A stretch of DNA of 63,158 bases, counting the filler, from Blastocystis sp. subtype 4 (lineage: Eukaryota), in the NCBI RefSeq assembly GCF_000743755.1. It is 37 parts of 37 records of this genome, joined end to end, with 100 filler letters (N's around TTAATTAATTAA, not from the genome) between each part and the next. Parts side by side here need not be neighbours in the genome. Positions count along the whole stretch, not along the records: positions 38,058 to 39,623 come from NW_014568750.1; positions 39,724 to 41,343 come from NW_014568749.1; positions 41,444 to 42,995 come from NW_014568748.1; positions 43,096 to 44,638 come from NW_014568747.1; positions 44,739 to 46,275 come from NW_014568746.1; positions 46,376 to 47,932 come from NW_014568745.1; positions 48,033 to 50,236 come from NW_014568744.1; 30 more parts are not named here. The stretch is one strand, 5' to 3'. Below, piece by piece: positions 38,097-50,236 of this stretch. The notes under the pieces were generated by a model, which saw only the letters and a program-made list of their open reading frames with translations, searched no databases and was not told the DNA's origin. The translations under genes and the position numbers were made by a program. Numbering within the stretch: position 1 is the stretch's first letter; each line of letters opens with the position of its first letter.

Positions 38097-38900
38097 AATT
38101 TTCCTTTTAAAAGGAAAATTCTTCACTTTGGATTTGATGATTTAGTTTGAAGGTTTTGGAGTAGGTTTGGAGTAGGTTGTATTTTTGAACCTACTCCAAA
38201 ATTCCTTTAAAAAGGCTCATAAAATGGCTTGATTATAGGGATTAATTCATTTTGGAGTAGGAGGAGTAGGAAGAGTAGGTTGAAAATTCAATTTGACAAA
38301 AAGTTTTGATAGAATTCTTCTTAAGAAATAGAAAACTAACCTACTCCACCTACTCCACCTACTCCAACATCAATAATCTTCATAATCGCGCTTATTTATG
38401 GGCTATTCTACGGATTATTGGAGTAGTTTGTATTTTTGAACCTACTCCTGAAACCTACTCCAGCAAAATCTATGATTTTACTCCAGCAAAATCTATGATT
38501 TGCATTCACAAATGAACAATGGATTTCTTAAAAGATCGTCACCCAGGGTGTCGATAATTGTTGAAAAAACGGTCTAAAAGAAGGGTTGGTGAATAGTTTT
38601 ATGGGCCTTTTCATGTCTTAGGGTGTCGATGATGAGGTTAGGGTGTCGATAATTTTGAAAAAGATTTTAGAAAAGTGAAAAGAATTGGAGAATTCACCAA
38701 TTCACTTCATTTCATAGAAGTTTTTAAAGATCGACACCCAACCCCAATTATCGACACCCACACATTTTGTTGAACTCCTTTATCTATGATCAAATCTATG
38801 TCATCTAACCAATTTCTATAACCCTAATCCAAATTCTCCAATTCACTTCATTTCACAGAAGTTTTTTAACATCGACACCCTAACCTCATCATCGACACCC
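38097..38900. repeat. Double palindromic iteron array (12 GGAGTAGG-type sites; 8 GGGTGTCGAT-type sites)
   Basis: Motifs counted directly; 24-bp perfect palindrome 38097-38120; 30-bp perfect inverted repeat 38621-38650 / 38871-38900. Confidence 0.92.
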
Positions 38901-39723
38901 AACTCCCAAAATAGCCACTATTTCTTGATTTTCCATTTTGCTATTATGAACAAGTATTATGTATTTTGCCAAATGGAAAATCGACCCATTTATAGCTTTT
39001 CATTTTGGGATTTGATCAAAATGTTGCAGATAGTTTATGTAATTCACCCGTCACTCCAAAATAGCCACTATTTTGGTCAATCTTAGTTTGATCAAATAAA
39101 AGTGCCTGTTACTATTCTGCAAGACCCTAAGATCGTCATCTTAGATCTCGACAAGCTATCTTCAGTCTACTAAGGTCCTGACAACGCTTCAGCTTTACAT
39201 CACCTACAACATTGTCAGTGGTGGTACCTTTCCAGTTATTCCATAGTTGCTTTTTTGTTGTTTTTTATATGGATTACTGGATAACCGACCTCATCATCGA
39301 TATGAAGACGTACCGTTCGCAGGACCTAAGTCCTCTCGAGCAAGCTTACTCTATCTCTCACCCATCAATTTCGCATATAAGATATTGGCGCCTTATATCC
39401 CATGAGAAATCTCTGAATGAGAACTTGATCAAGCAAATTCAAATACGCTAACTTCTATATAAACACCATCATAATAATCAAACTTTTTCATTATGGGTTC
39501 ATTACAATTCGTTTTTCTCAAATATCCATCTAAACCTGTTTATTTTACTAGAAACATGTTATGATCCTTTTGTTTTGTAAAAGTAAGGTATTTTTCCTCC
39601 ATATAGTAAAGATGAATGCAATTNNNNNNNNNNNNNNNNNNNNNNNNNNNNNNNNNNNNNNNNNNNNTTAATTAATTAANNNNNNNNNNNNNNNNNNNNN
39701 NNNNNNNNNNNNNNNNNNNNNNN

Positions 39724-40459
39724 CACAACTATACGTAACATTGTCACAATCAAAGTATCAAATGAAGTTGGTTTCTGTTTGTGTACTCTTTCTTTCTCTG
39801 CTTATCAACCTCTAACTCTCTTATTCTATCCTCAGAGTATCTTCAATCTTACTAAGGGAGTATTCTTTACAATATCACCTGATATCATTGGTGATTATCC
39901 ATCCTTCAATATCACATCAGGATCTCTTCCAACTGGAATAACTCTCAATTCTGATTCTGGTATTATTTCTGGAATTCCCTCTTCTTCTGTTATCTCCCAG
40001 AATGTTACTATTGAAGCATCAAATCCAGTAGGAAGAATTACAACTGAACTACAGTTCATAATAATGAATCCTCCTGTCAATACTCCTCTAATCGGATCTG
40101 TGATTGTGCTTGTTGTAGTCATTCTACTCCTACTTGTGCTTGTTGTATGTTATCGAAATCGAAAACCTACTCTTCCTATGAAGACGATTGATGAGGTGAA
40201 ATCAGTTGAGAAGCGAGTATCCAAACCTGTTATCGTTGATAATGATTCTGAATTGGTATCTAATGAAGATAAGCCAACTATGTCTACTGAACCTCTTGAG
40301 ATTACTGTAGAACTTGATTCTACTACTTTGACAGTTGTTGAGTCTACAACAGCTGTTGAACCTACTACTATTGTTGAACCAGTTGTTGCTTCTCAGGGAG
40401 ATGAGAATATCCCTCAAGTAGTTGAAATCCCTAATCCTACTAGTGAGAATAAGGAATAG
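39724..40459 (+). CDS. He_PIG + TM surface protein C-terminus
   Basis: SGSLPTGITLNSDSGIISGIP, TM, acidic Thr-rich tail; TAG TCC TGTTTGTT. Confidence 0.8.
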
Positions 40460-40940
40460 TCCTGTTTGTTGATAAACCACAAAGAGAAGTTCAAACTAAC
40501 TGATACAGTTACTGGGATGGAGAAGAGTGGATGGAACAGATCAACTGACACTATTCCATGATTTGGAATCGTTTACAGAGATGAGATCTTTGATCACACA
40601 GGTCTTTCTTGTTGTTCATTATGATTGGTTTCACAAACACAGAATGATACAATCATTCACAAGGTTCAGTATTCTCATTAGGACAAGAGAAACATAAGTG
40701 TTCAATCTATCATCCATCTCCCAGTTCCAAGTGAAACGACATTGATTCACTTCCTTATCATCACTCATATCATAGTATCTCAGATTATCAGAATTCGTAG
40801 TAGAAAACATTGTATCATATGATACTGATACTGCATAGCACGAATACTCACTCCAGTCTCATTCTCAAAGTACTTTTGAATCCATCATTGAACTCGTTGT
40901 AAGCATTACTGTTGACGTTCATTTCAGTCAGTTTAGGATA
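40412..40940 (+). repeat. Segmental duplicate of 58415-58940
   Basis: Near-identical gene end and downstream flank. Confidence 0.9.
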
Positions 40941-41443
40941 TTTGGCATCTTCACATACCAACATCTTCTGAATGATAAGAAAACAGTTAGAACCTCTTTT
41001 GAACATACAATAGTAAAGAATGGATCATCCCATTCATATGTCACATTCTTCACTTTACCATTATGTCGAACAAGAATATATGCATTTCGTTCATATCTTC
41101 CAATGTATATGTAATCATTCGTGTATTCTCTGCATCGCTAATTAACAACATTGATAATACCATCACCAATCCTTTGACTGTATGTTTTCCTGCACTTATT
41201 GTGTGTTCAATATCAACAGTATCACCGCTAATTCTAGCTCTTATATGAACATCATTTCCTATCCATATCTCATCTCCATAATCACATTTACTAGATATCC
41301 ATCCATTAAATACTCCTCCTCGCTTATCATTATTCGTTCTTACNNNNNNNNNNNNNNNNNNNNNNNNNNNNNNNNNNNNNNNNNNNNTTAATTAATTAAN
41401 NNNNNNNNNNNNNNNNNNNNNNNNNNNNNNNNNNNNNNNNNNN

Positions 41444-41837
41444 TACACAAGCCACTTTATCAATTCAGATACGAAAGGGACGATGTGTTGCAGAAGGAGT
41501 GTTTCCTGTAACGAATGTTGGTGAAGTGGCTGAATATGAATGCGCTTCTCAAGGAAGTTATGTGGGTACTCAGAAGCGTGCTTGTGTGTTAGGAAGTGAA
41601 GATGGAGAATGGCAGAAGGCTACTGGATTCTGTGTGTCTGTTCCGATTCTGATTATGATTGTATTGGTTGTGATAATGATTATTATTGTTGTTATATTCT
41701 TCATGATGAGAATTAGAAAGAAGGCGAAAGCAGTAGGAGGAAAGAAGGTAAAGGCTATAGGAGGAGTGAAAGGAAAGAAGTCTGTGAAGTCTACCAAGAT
41801 AGTATCAAAGGTTTCTGCGAAACAGGTGAAAGTTTAA
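41444..41837 (+). CDS. Surface protein C-terminus (family of 19302-20570)
   Basis: CVAEGVFPVT..QGSYVGTQKRAC, TM, Lys-rich tail ending KV. Confidence 0.85.
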
Positions 41838-43139
41838 TTGTAGAAACGGAAGATTGATTGTTGATAATCGTGATCTAGTGAAATAGTTGTCTCTAAAGAA
41901 GGAACACAATAAGGAATGTTCTTCTCATTTCATTGTCACATACATAGAAGTATACAAAGGATAATACTAGCAAGAGTACTATCATCAGTGATGACAAATA
42001 TCACTGCTTTTGATATTACCTTTACAATGAAGATAAGAATAACGATTTGGTTCTACTTGATTGTGCCAACAGAATCAGATACTGTTAACTCAGCACCACT
42101 GATTATTCCATCCTTATCATTGATTATTAGACCCATTGAGAGTGTTGCTGAATACATTGAATACTAAATCCTCTCTTATGAAGCAACTATTAGATTGAAA
42201 GCATTTTCATTCACTAGAATCACAGATCTAGAGGATAGTTCATGGAAGAAGGAATGTATTGTTTGTTTGTAAAGAGAGTGATGAAAGGAATGTGATATTG
42301 AATACAGAAACACTCTAATAGTCAAATAGGTTAGAAAGAGCTTGAATGTTTTTGATAAGGGAGTTCCAAAGAATAGACTCGAAGAGAGATCCTGTAGTAT
42401 TGTTATGTTGTAACAAATAACATCCATACATCAAAGAATTACACTAGTATCATCAAATTGAATTCAATGGGAGTAGGAAATGCATCTGATATGTATTCAC
42501 AAGGTGATACCTACAGATCTCCTTCCTGTAAATGAATTGACCTGAAATGTTCTTAGAAACAGTTAATCATTTATTTCTTGAGATGTGAGTACAATAGAAC
42601 AAGGACATAAGACAACTGTCAAGAATGTGAACTATCGATATTGGATTCCAAATGGTTAACTATATTACTGCTAATAGATCTAGAGATTGACTTATCTGAA
42701 TTGGTAGTTTTCAACCAATAACCATTTCTGATTCTGGAAGTGAAATAGAATCCAGATTCCAAATTAGCAACAATACACATACAAGTAGATTATGCGTGAA
42801 AGATTTTGAGATTAATAAACAGTATGAGATTTCCTAATGATATATTTCAGAAATGATAAGTCACCTATTCACAAACTATCAAACAACATATTCTAATCAT
42901 ATACCAAATCCATTTATCATTGATGATAAACTACTCTATACAATGATTCAAAACTATGGACAACATCTTAGTCCATATCCATTGGATGGTTATTANNNNN
43001 NNNNNNNNNNNNNNNNNNNNNNNNNNNNNNNNNNNNNNNTTAATTAATTAANNNNNNNNNNNNNNNNNNNNNNNNNNNNNNNNNNNNNNNNNNNNATCAC
43101 CAATAATGGATGGAAAGATTGAGGATAATTCTCCCTTTT

Positions 43140-43720
43140 CAAGTATGATTTCATTTATATAATAATATAGATAGAGAACCAATCACTTGTATGAAATGCT
43201 TACTTGAGTCAATCCAACTTGATTGGAGCTTTGAATGATGAAATAAGTAACTACTAATGGAGTTCCATAGATAAATCCTGTTGATTTATCCATAGATAGA
43301 CGGGTTGGAAGAGATTCTTCATTGATTAAATAGGTAAGATTGTTACTCGACAACTTGAATGCATTTTGCTATATATTTTGAAGAATGTTTGAGGATAATG
43401 GAGTAATGAAGAAACGATTTGAAACAGAGTGAAAGAGTGATAAATCGATTCCTTACTTGATTCGATCCCATATTACTGACTGATTGAGATGAAGCGATTT
43501 GAATACGAATTTTAGAGAATAGTCGATTATTTGGATTTAATGGTAAGCCTGTGGGTGGTGAACCTGATGAAATAGTGAATGATACTTGCTCTCCATCAAC
43601 AGAAGCAGTGATTGAAAACACTTCATTCTTCATGAGAAACATGTTGATTGAGGAAGTAAGAAGAATGAAAAGAGTAAATGAAAGAACAACAGTTTCACTT
43701 ACTATTCCATTCACTGCTTC
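43140..43720 (-). pseudogene. Degenerate He_PIG repeat gene
   Basis: SSGSPPTGLPLNPN remnant with frameshifts. Confidence 0.5.
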
Positions 43721-43919
43721 GATGATGCTGAATTAAGAAGGAGTGATTGAGAAAGAACTTGAATGGAGTGTTTATGGAATATCGAATGATCTTGGTTTTA
43801 GGAATTTAGGTTGTATTGCTATGATTTTATGGATTTCATTATTTGATTACTATTATTTCATTCTATTAGAATTCGAGTTTATCATACTCTATGTAATCGC
43901 AGAATCTTGTCTCGTTTAA

Positions 43920-44638
43920 ATGAATCGATTTATAGTACTTATTCTCCTCAGTATTCCTCATACTGTTTATTTAACCAGTAGTCATATTCAGTTTTACTCT
44001 TGATTGCCCTTCCAATCAGATTTATGCAAAGATCACCAAGAGGACAGAATACTACGCATATGAGGAGTCATTTAAGATCTATTCCGGTTCTACAGCTGTT
44101 TATTCTTCTCCTTCACTAGTTTCAAATGATGAAAGAGTCATTGAAGGTCCTAGTAACTATCAATATACTCTGGAAATGAATGATAGTGGTGGTGATAGTT
44201 GGTCTAATGGTTGTTGGATCAAAATCGAGAGTATTAATGGAAATGTAATGTTTAAGGGAATGATGACTGAAATGAGTACTCAAACTGAGCCTTTATCTCT
44301 GTATTCGCCAATCAACAAGTATTCTACTTGGATGTACACTCCTAGTGCCTTAGGAGAATGGAAATCAATAAGTTATGATGATAATTCGTGGATAGAATAT
44401 ACAGTAGATGATAATACTACGACTGGACAAGGAGTTCAATACTTCCGTAAAGTATTCACTGGGATAAACAATATGGCTGCTATTGAGATCCAATTGAACT
44501 ATAAAGATGGAATTGTGGCTTACATAAATGGTTCTGAAGTGTATCGAGATAACATGGCTGATGGAACACCAACAAACAGTACTGTAGCTACAGGAAGCTA
44601 TACATCGTATGGTTATCATGGACTCATTCGTCCTGCTA
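43920..44638 (+). CDS. N-terminal part of large surface-protein family, with frame breaks
   Basis: Signal-like start, DSGGDSWSNG, YFRKVF..YKDGIVAYINGSEVYRDNM (galactose-binding-like sandwich). Confidence 0.65.
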
Positions 44639-44739
44639 NNNNNNNNNNNNNNNNNNNNNNNNNNNNNNNNNNNNNNNNNNNNTTAATTAATTAANNNNNN
44701 NNNNNNNNNNNNNNNNNNNNNNNNNNNNNNNNNNNNNNT

Positions 44740-45519
44740 GCTTATGGATCACCCCTTGTTATGGGATCTATTCAAGCAAGAACCATTTGGATACAGAAAT
44801 CGGTATACAAACCAATCAACTGGAATGATGTTGATAAAGGAAATGTCGAGAACAATCAGACTATAGTCCCCAGGCCTGTTCTCAATCCAGTAGTTCCTGG
44901 TTTTATAATGCCTTCTGTAAATGATATGAATGAGAATTCTAATACAAGTTCAGCACAACCTACAACAGATACATCAAACAGTGTTGAAAACAATCCAGTT
45001 GAATCAATATATAGTGTAGAAGATCCAGATTCAACACAAATACAACCGAATCAAGTAGCTATTCAAGAGTCAACTCTAACAAATCTGGATGTTCTTCATT
45101 TCTGTAGGTGGGTGTACAATAAGATGGTGGAAATCCAGAATAGAACTATCCAAGGACATGATGAATTCTCCGAGAACACAACTATCTTCATAAATAGCAG
45201 AGATAGCAATAAGACCCGGTTTATTCGGAAACTCATCACAAGTCTTGAGAATGAAATGTCACAAACAGTGGTAAGTGATAATTATTCTCGATTCTCATCT
45301 GGTGTACGTGAATTCAATGAATCGAGTATCAATAACATATTAGAAAAGATGGAAGATAGAAGAGGAGATCAACTACATAAAGCATTTTGGAAACACTGCT
45401 TTAATGATATTAAAGGCACAACTCGAGTTGAGTATGATAAGTCTGATAATCTGATGGATTTACATCCACATGAACCACCACCAGTTCAGATGATGGATCT
45501 TCATCCACATCCAATCTAA
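44740..45519 (+). CDS. Orphan intronless ORF, possibly viral or mobile-element derived
   Basis: Open from contig edge, over 250 codons, no introns, tandem MDLHPH at the end. Confidence 0.6.
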   Translation, partial: AYGSPLVMGSIQARTIWIQKSVYKPINWNDVDKGNVENNQTIVPRPVLNPVVPGFIMPSVNDMNENSNTSSAQPTTDTSNSVENNPVESIYSVEDPDSTQIQPNQVAIQESTLTNLDVLHFCRWVYNKMVEIQNRTIQGHDEFSENTTIFINSRDSNKTRFIRKLITSLENEMSQTVVSDNYSRFSSGVREFNESSINNILEKMEDRRGDQLHKAFWKHCFNDIKGTTRVEYDKSDNLMDLHPHEPPPVQMMDLHPHPI

Positions 45520-45547
45520 ATGATTGTTTTCTTCCATTAAGAAAAGG

Positions 45548-46275
45548 ATGTCTGAAGAAGAGTCAAATCATACTCAGAATACTAGTGAAGAGACAACAAC
45601 AATGATTATCAATAACAGGAAATGCTTTAAATACAATGGTAAATGGCTTCCAGCAAATGATAATGATAATGAAAACCGCAGATACATTGCTTACTACGAT
45701 TTCTATACGAATGCACCTGATTACAAACAAATTGTAGAACTGGGTTCTCAATATCACTATAATCCAGATAATCCATTTGATATGTTTCTTCTTGCTTATG
45801 CAACATATGGAAAAGAGAATAGGGACAATAAAGAAGAACTGAAAAAGATTCAAAATGAGCTTATTAGTGCTCAAGCAGATGCTGTTGCATCTAGGAAGAA
45901 TGCTGATGGGTTGTCTAAAGAATTGATTGCAATGAAGGAAATGTTTGCTTCTGCTGAAGCATACTACAGTAACATCAACAATAATCCAGAAATACTTCAA
46001 GCATTATATCAAAAGAATATGGAGATAGAACAGTTACGAGGAATGCTCAATCAAGCAAAAATGGTAATCGATAATGATAGAATGGATGCAAAACGTCAAC
46101 AACAACAAGTGATATGGGACAAAGACATCGAACTGATGCAACAAAAACAGAAACATATGAAAGAATCACTCCATGTTAAAGAGGTACATATGAATGAATT
46201 GAATGAGAAAGATAAACAGATTGTGGCATTACAAGAACATCTTAATCAAACCCTAGGAGAATTACAGAAAGCAAG
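45548..46275 (+). CDS. Orphan intronless coiled-coil ORF, 3'-partial
   Basis: ATG 28 nt after previous stop; long E/K/Q/L heptad region. Confidence 0.65.
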
Positions 46276-46377
46276 NNNNNNNNNNNNNNNNNNNNNNNNN
46301 NNNNNNNNNNNNNNNNNNNTTAATTAATTAANNNNNNNNNNNNNNNNNNNNNNNNNNNNNNNNNNNNNNNNNNNNAG

Positions 46378-46542
46378 TTTTCGAATGAAGAACAACCACC
46401 AGCTCATCCAGTAGTACAACCTACGAAAACAGAGGTTTGTAAACCCAAAATGATAGAAGTTAAGAATAAGATTGAGGGGAATAGAAAGAAGAGGTTAAAC
46501 CCAAAGTTAAAACCAGTTACAGAACAACCATCAACAAAGTGA
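46378..46542 (+). CDS. 3' end of an orphan ORF (Pro/Lys-rich)
   Basis: FSNEEQPPAHPVV..RKKRLNPKLKPVTEQPSTK TGA, open from contig edge. Confidence 0.45.
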   Translation, partial: FSNEEQPPAHPVVQPTKTEVCKPKMIEVKNKIEGNRKKRLNPKLKPVTEQPSTK

Positions 46543-46569
46543 AGTTACAATCCACATTTGGATCATTTA

Positions 46570-46865
46570 CTTTGGAGTAGTGTGGAGTAGTTTCAAAAAT
46601 TCAACCTACTCTACATTTTCTTCAAAAAGGCTCATAAAATGGCTTGTTTATAGGGATTTTGAAAAGGAATTTGGAGTAGGTTGTATTTTTGAACCTACTC
46701 CTGAAACCTACCCTATTATTGTTAACCTCATAATGAACCATCAATATGCCATCGTTCATTACTAAACCCAAATAACAAAAGTTGGTTGAATAATCCGAAT
46801 TCTCCAATCACTTCATTTAGCAGAAGTCTTTAAACATTGACATCCAAGCCCATTTACGACACCTA
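46570..46865. repeat. Shortened second copy of the iteron array
   Basis: Shares TTGGAGTAGGTTGTATTTTTGAACCTACTCC, AAAAAGGCTCATAAAATGGCTTG and a degenerate GACACC module with 38150-38900. Confidence 0.9.
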
Positions 46866-47139
46866 TAAAACTAACTTGCTTAACCATTTGTTACCCCATA
46901 ATAAGCACCAATTTAATTCGTGCGTACATAACTGACTCCAATCACGGCTATATTGACACATTACTTACAAAAACATCTTCCGTGTTTCTATCCAGTTATA
47001 TGAATAGCAAGATTAGCGCATATTTCTAGTCACACATTTTGCGGTTATTCGTCACTCCGTTTACTGTACCATCTTTAGTGTCAGAAAGTTTGTTTTACTT
47101 TGTTCACGCTACCATTTTGCACTCCTTCTTTTGGTATCA

Positions 47140-47182
47140 GCTCAAGGAGGTGCGGCGCCAAGCGCTATACCCTCCGTAGAGC
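47140..47182 (+). other. GC-rich hairpin at the boundary with a host repeat
   Basis: GCTC-AA-GGAGG-TGCGGCGC-CAA-GCGCTATA-C-CCTCC-GTA-GAGC. Confidence 0.7.
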
Positions 47183-48032
47183 ATGTACCGCCTCAAGCCT
47201 AGATGAATTGTAATGAATTGTTCGTAGAAACAATCAATCATTTGTCTTTGAGATATGGGTCCAATAGAACAAGGAATGATAAGATGACTGTCAGAAATGT
47301 GAACTATCAATATTGATTCCAAATGGTTTGTTATATCACTGGTAACAGATCTAGACATTGACTTATCTGAATTGTGTGTTTTCAATAGAAGTGAAATATA
47401 GAATTTCGATTCGAAATTAGCAACACTAACTCAACAGTTTGGTTGATATCATCATTGAGAACAACGATTCCATAGGTTCATTGATTCATAATTATTATAT
47501 TCATTGGATCACTAAACGGTTATTTTCCGTCTATTGAGCAGCTTATACCAATCTGATTGGTTCCAAACCAATTATCCAATAGGAAACGACATTATGTTGG
47601 TTGATAACCATACCTTCAGTTCTTCGAAGCTTCTATTCTTGTTTTGTGAGATGAATAAGAATTGAGTTGAATAAGAGAAAGACATGTTCCGTATTTAGCA
47701 GGGAATATTGTTTATCCCATTCTGTTTATTTCCAAGAGTTGATGTGAATCGATTGTTTGAATTCATAACCAGTCAAACCAAATTGATGTAAATGACACAT
47801 TATTAAGGAAATTGGATGCAACAACAATCTCTCATTCTAAGTGAATAGTTCTAGTGATGAATATCACATGCATCAGAAACAGAGTTCATTATCAATAGAA
47901 TCTAGTTATTTCTCAGGATATCTAATTCAGTGNNNNNNNNNNNNNNNNNNNNNNNNNNNNNNNNNNNNNNNNNNNNTTAATTAATTAANNNNNNNNNNNN
48001 NNNNNNNNNNNNNNNNNNNNNNNNNNNNNNNN

Positions 48033-48586
48033 TATATACTTATATCAATGCAGATATCTTTGTGAATATCAACATTCTTCAAGCAGCAGAAGCCTATTAT
48101 CAATATCGGAAAGATGGAGTATTGATTGAGAAAATAACTAACAAATAGTGGTTATTATGTAGTCGAGTATTTGTGACGAAGTCGATTATTCATGCTCAAA
48201 TGTAACACAACGAATGGATATTGATGAATTGGCTAAAGAACATTCTATTCAAAGACTAAGAGTTGCAAGGGCAATTGTATAGAATTGGAAGATGAAGTGA
48301 TAGAATAGGATGTATTCATTGTTCCTCATTCATATTCATTTGATGACTTTTACAATGTTGTCATTGGAAGATGGTATGTTGATAATGCATTCCTCATTCA
48401 CACTCGAACTAAGAATATGCCACTTATTGATGGAACTATCTTCCATTCTTATCATTTAGGTACTGAACAATTGAATGACAAGAAATACATAGTAAAACCA
48501 AATGATTGGGGATTCAACATTCAATTAATGAACAGAAGCTTATTAAGTGAAGGAAGCTTAAGAACGAAAGAATTGTTCTGTCAGTA
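48033..48586 (+). pseudogene. Glycosyltransferase-like fragment, disrupted
   Basis: YTYINADIF..DVFIV..VVIGRWYVDN..LIDGT with an in-frame stop. Confidence 0.45.
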
Positions 48587-49087
48587 GAAGCTGAAATCAA
48601 GACTATGTTGTATCATATCAACAGAAACAATGCAAGAGTTGAACGAATTAGTTGTTTCTTGTGAATAAATAGAATAATGAAAGTCTGAAGAATGAGCAAG
48701 AGAAGTCATGTCCTTCAAACCTCTCCAGTGACAGATATATACCATAATACCCAATATGTGGTATACAATAGCTAGATTCTCTTGATGGAATAACATACAT
48801 GATTCAGACTGATTAACAGAAATGATATCTCCATCAAGAATAACAGACTTAGAACATAAAAAGGATTCTCGTTATTGGACACATTTCCATTCTCATTTAT
48901 CACCAAATACTGATATCCTCCAACATGAACTATCAGATCCATGATTTACTTTGTAACACAAATCAGATCTTGAATCCTTAATGTTCAGGATTTCTGTAGA
49001 AGTGAAATGATAGTTTTCACTGTATTTGATAGATAAGGATAAATGAACAGATCTTGAAGGGTTCTAAACAGACGAATTGACACTTCT

Positions 49088-50236
49088 TTGTTACTAATGA
49101 TATCTGTATCTGTTATATTATTAGTAATAGTCTTTTCATTATCTTCATGGATACAAAAAGGCTCTACTGGAATCGATTACTCTGCTATTCCATATCGATT
49201 CAATGATATCATCATCAATCAATGTGAACATTCTGTGGAAGTGTTAGCAAATCTAACGAATCCAATGACACAACCATGGTTTGTGGTGAAGATCATGAAG
49301 AACAGTAGTATCATCAATCATCTCAATTACAGTGTATTCATCAATGGAGAATGGTATTCAAATCGAAATCATAGACATCAAGCATCAGAAGTGTTGTTAC
49401 AAACCTATTCGATTCCTCAAAACAAGATTGATATTAGAAGAATGTATATCACTATTCGAGATAATCAGAATGATATTGAATACAAGAATCTACCCATTTG
49501 TATTCGGAAAGAATTGAATCCAGTTGATATGGGAATATGTACTCATGTATCGAAATTCAATAATGTTCCTGAGATAACAAGTTGGGTGATATATCATTTG
49601 TCTCGAGGAATGGATAGAATCATCATAATGATTTGTACTCCATATCCTGAATTGTATGAACTCTTTGATGAAGAGATTCAGAATGGAAGAGTGATATTGG
49701 TACATTTTGAATGGCCAATACGAATTGGTACGGCCTTTCATAGACAATATCAAGCAGCTTCAATGACTACTTGTTTTCATCGATATCGTCGAAATGTTAA
49801 GACTCTATTCTTTGTTGATGTTGATGAATACATTCATAGTGTATCAAATCCTTTCAATTTCAAACCAATTCTATCTTCATTGATTGATTCTGGTTATGAT
49901 CGTGCACATGTAATGAAATGAATATGATTTCAATGTAGATGTCAAACATATTTATGGTAGATGGAAACAATTCTTGTTTGAATCGAGAAGAACACTTTGT
50001 GAAAGGAGATCTATTCGATGTATACAACTACCAAGTATTTGTCCATAGAACTCAAAGAAAGAAGAATGTTGTGTTTTCATCATTTGATGGAATCATTGGA
50101 ATACATGATGGTTGTTGTGGAGGAAAGGTCACTCATGTTCATTATGAGGATTTGAGAGTTGGTCACTTCAAGAGATTCACATCAAAACAATCAGGTGTGA
50201 AGAATGATTCAATGACAATGTATTCTGAATCTCAAA
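49088..50236 (+). CDS. GT92/DUF23-like glycosyltransferase, type II membrane, 3'-partial
   Basis: N-terminal TM; ITSWVIYH..G, QAASMTTCFHRY, FVDVDEYI; 30-nt intron near 49910. Confidence 0.8.

Noticed and set aside
38158..38900. CRISPR array or telomeric repeat
   Set aside because: Motifs are 8-10 nt in both orientations with no regular unique spacers, no cas genes, and not a tandem telomere tract
47132..47140. TGGTATCAG as a tRNA-iMet primer-binding site of an LTR retroelement
   Set aside because: Only 9 nt of the canonical TGGTATCAGAGC, no preceding LTR end (CA), no gag/pol downstream
44739..47200. Treating contigs 44739-46275 and 46376-47932 as one continuous element
   Set aside because: They are separated by the artificial linker and ordered by length; linkage is only a hypothesis
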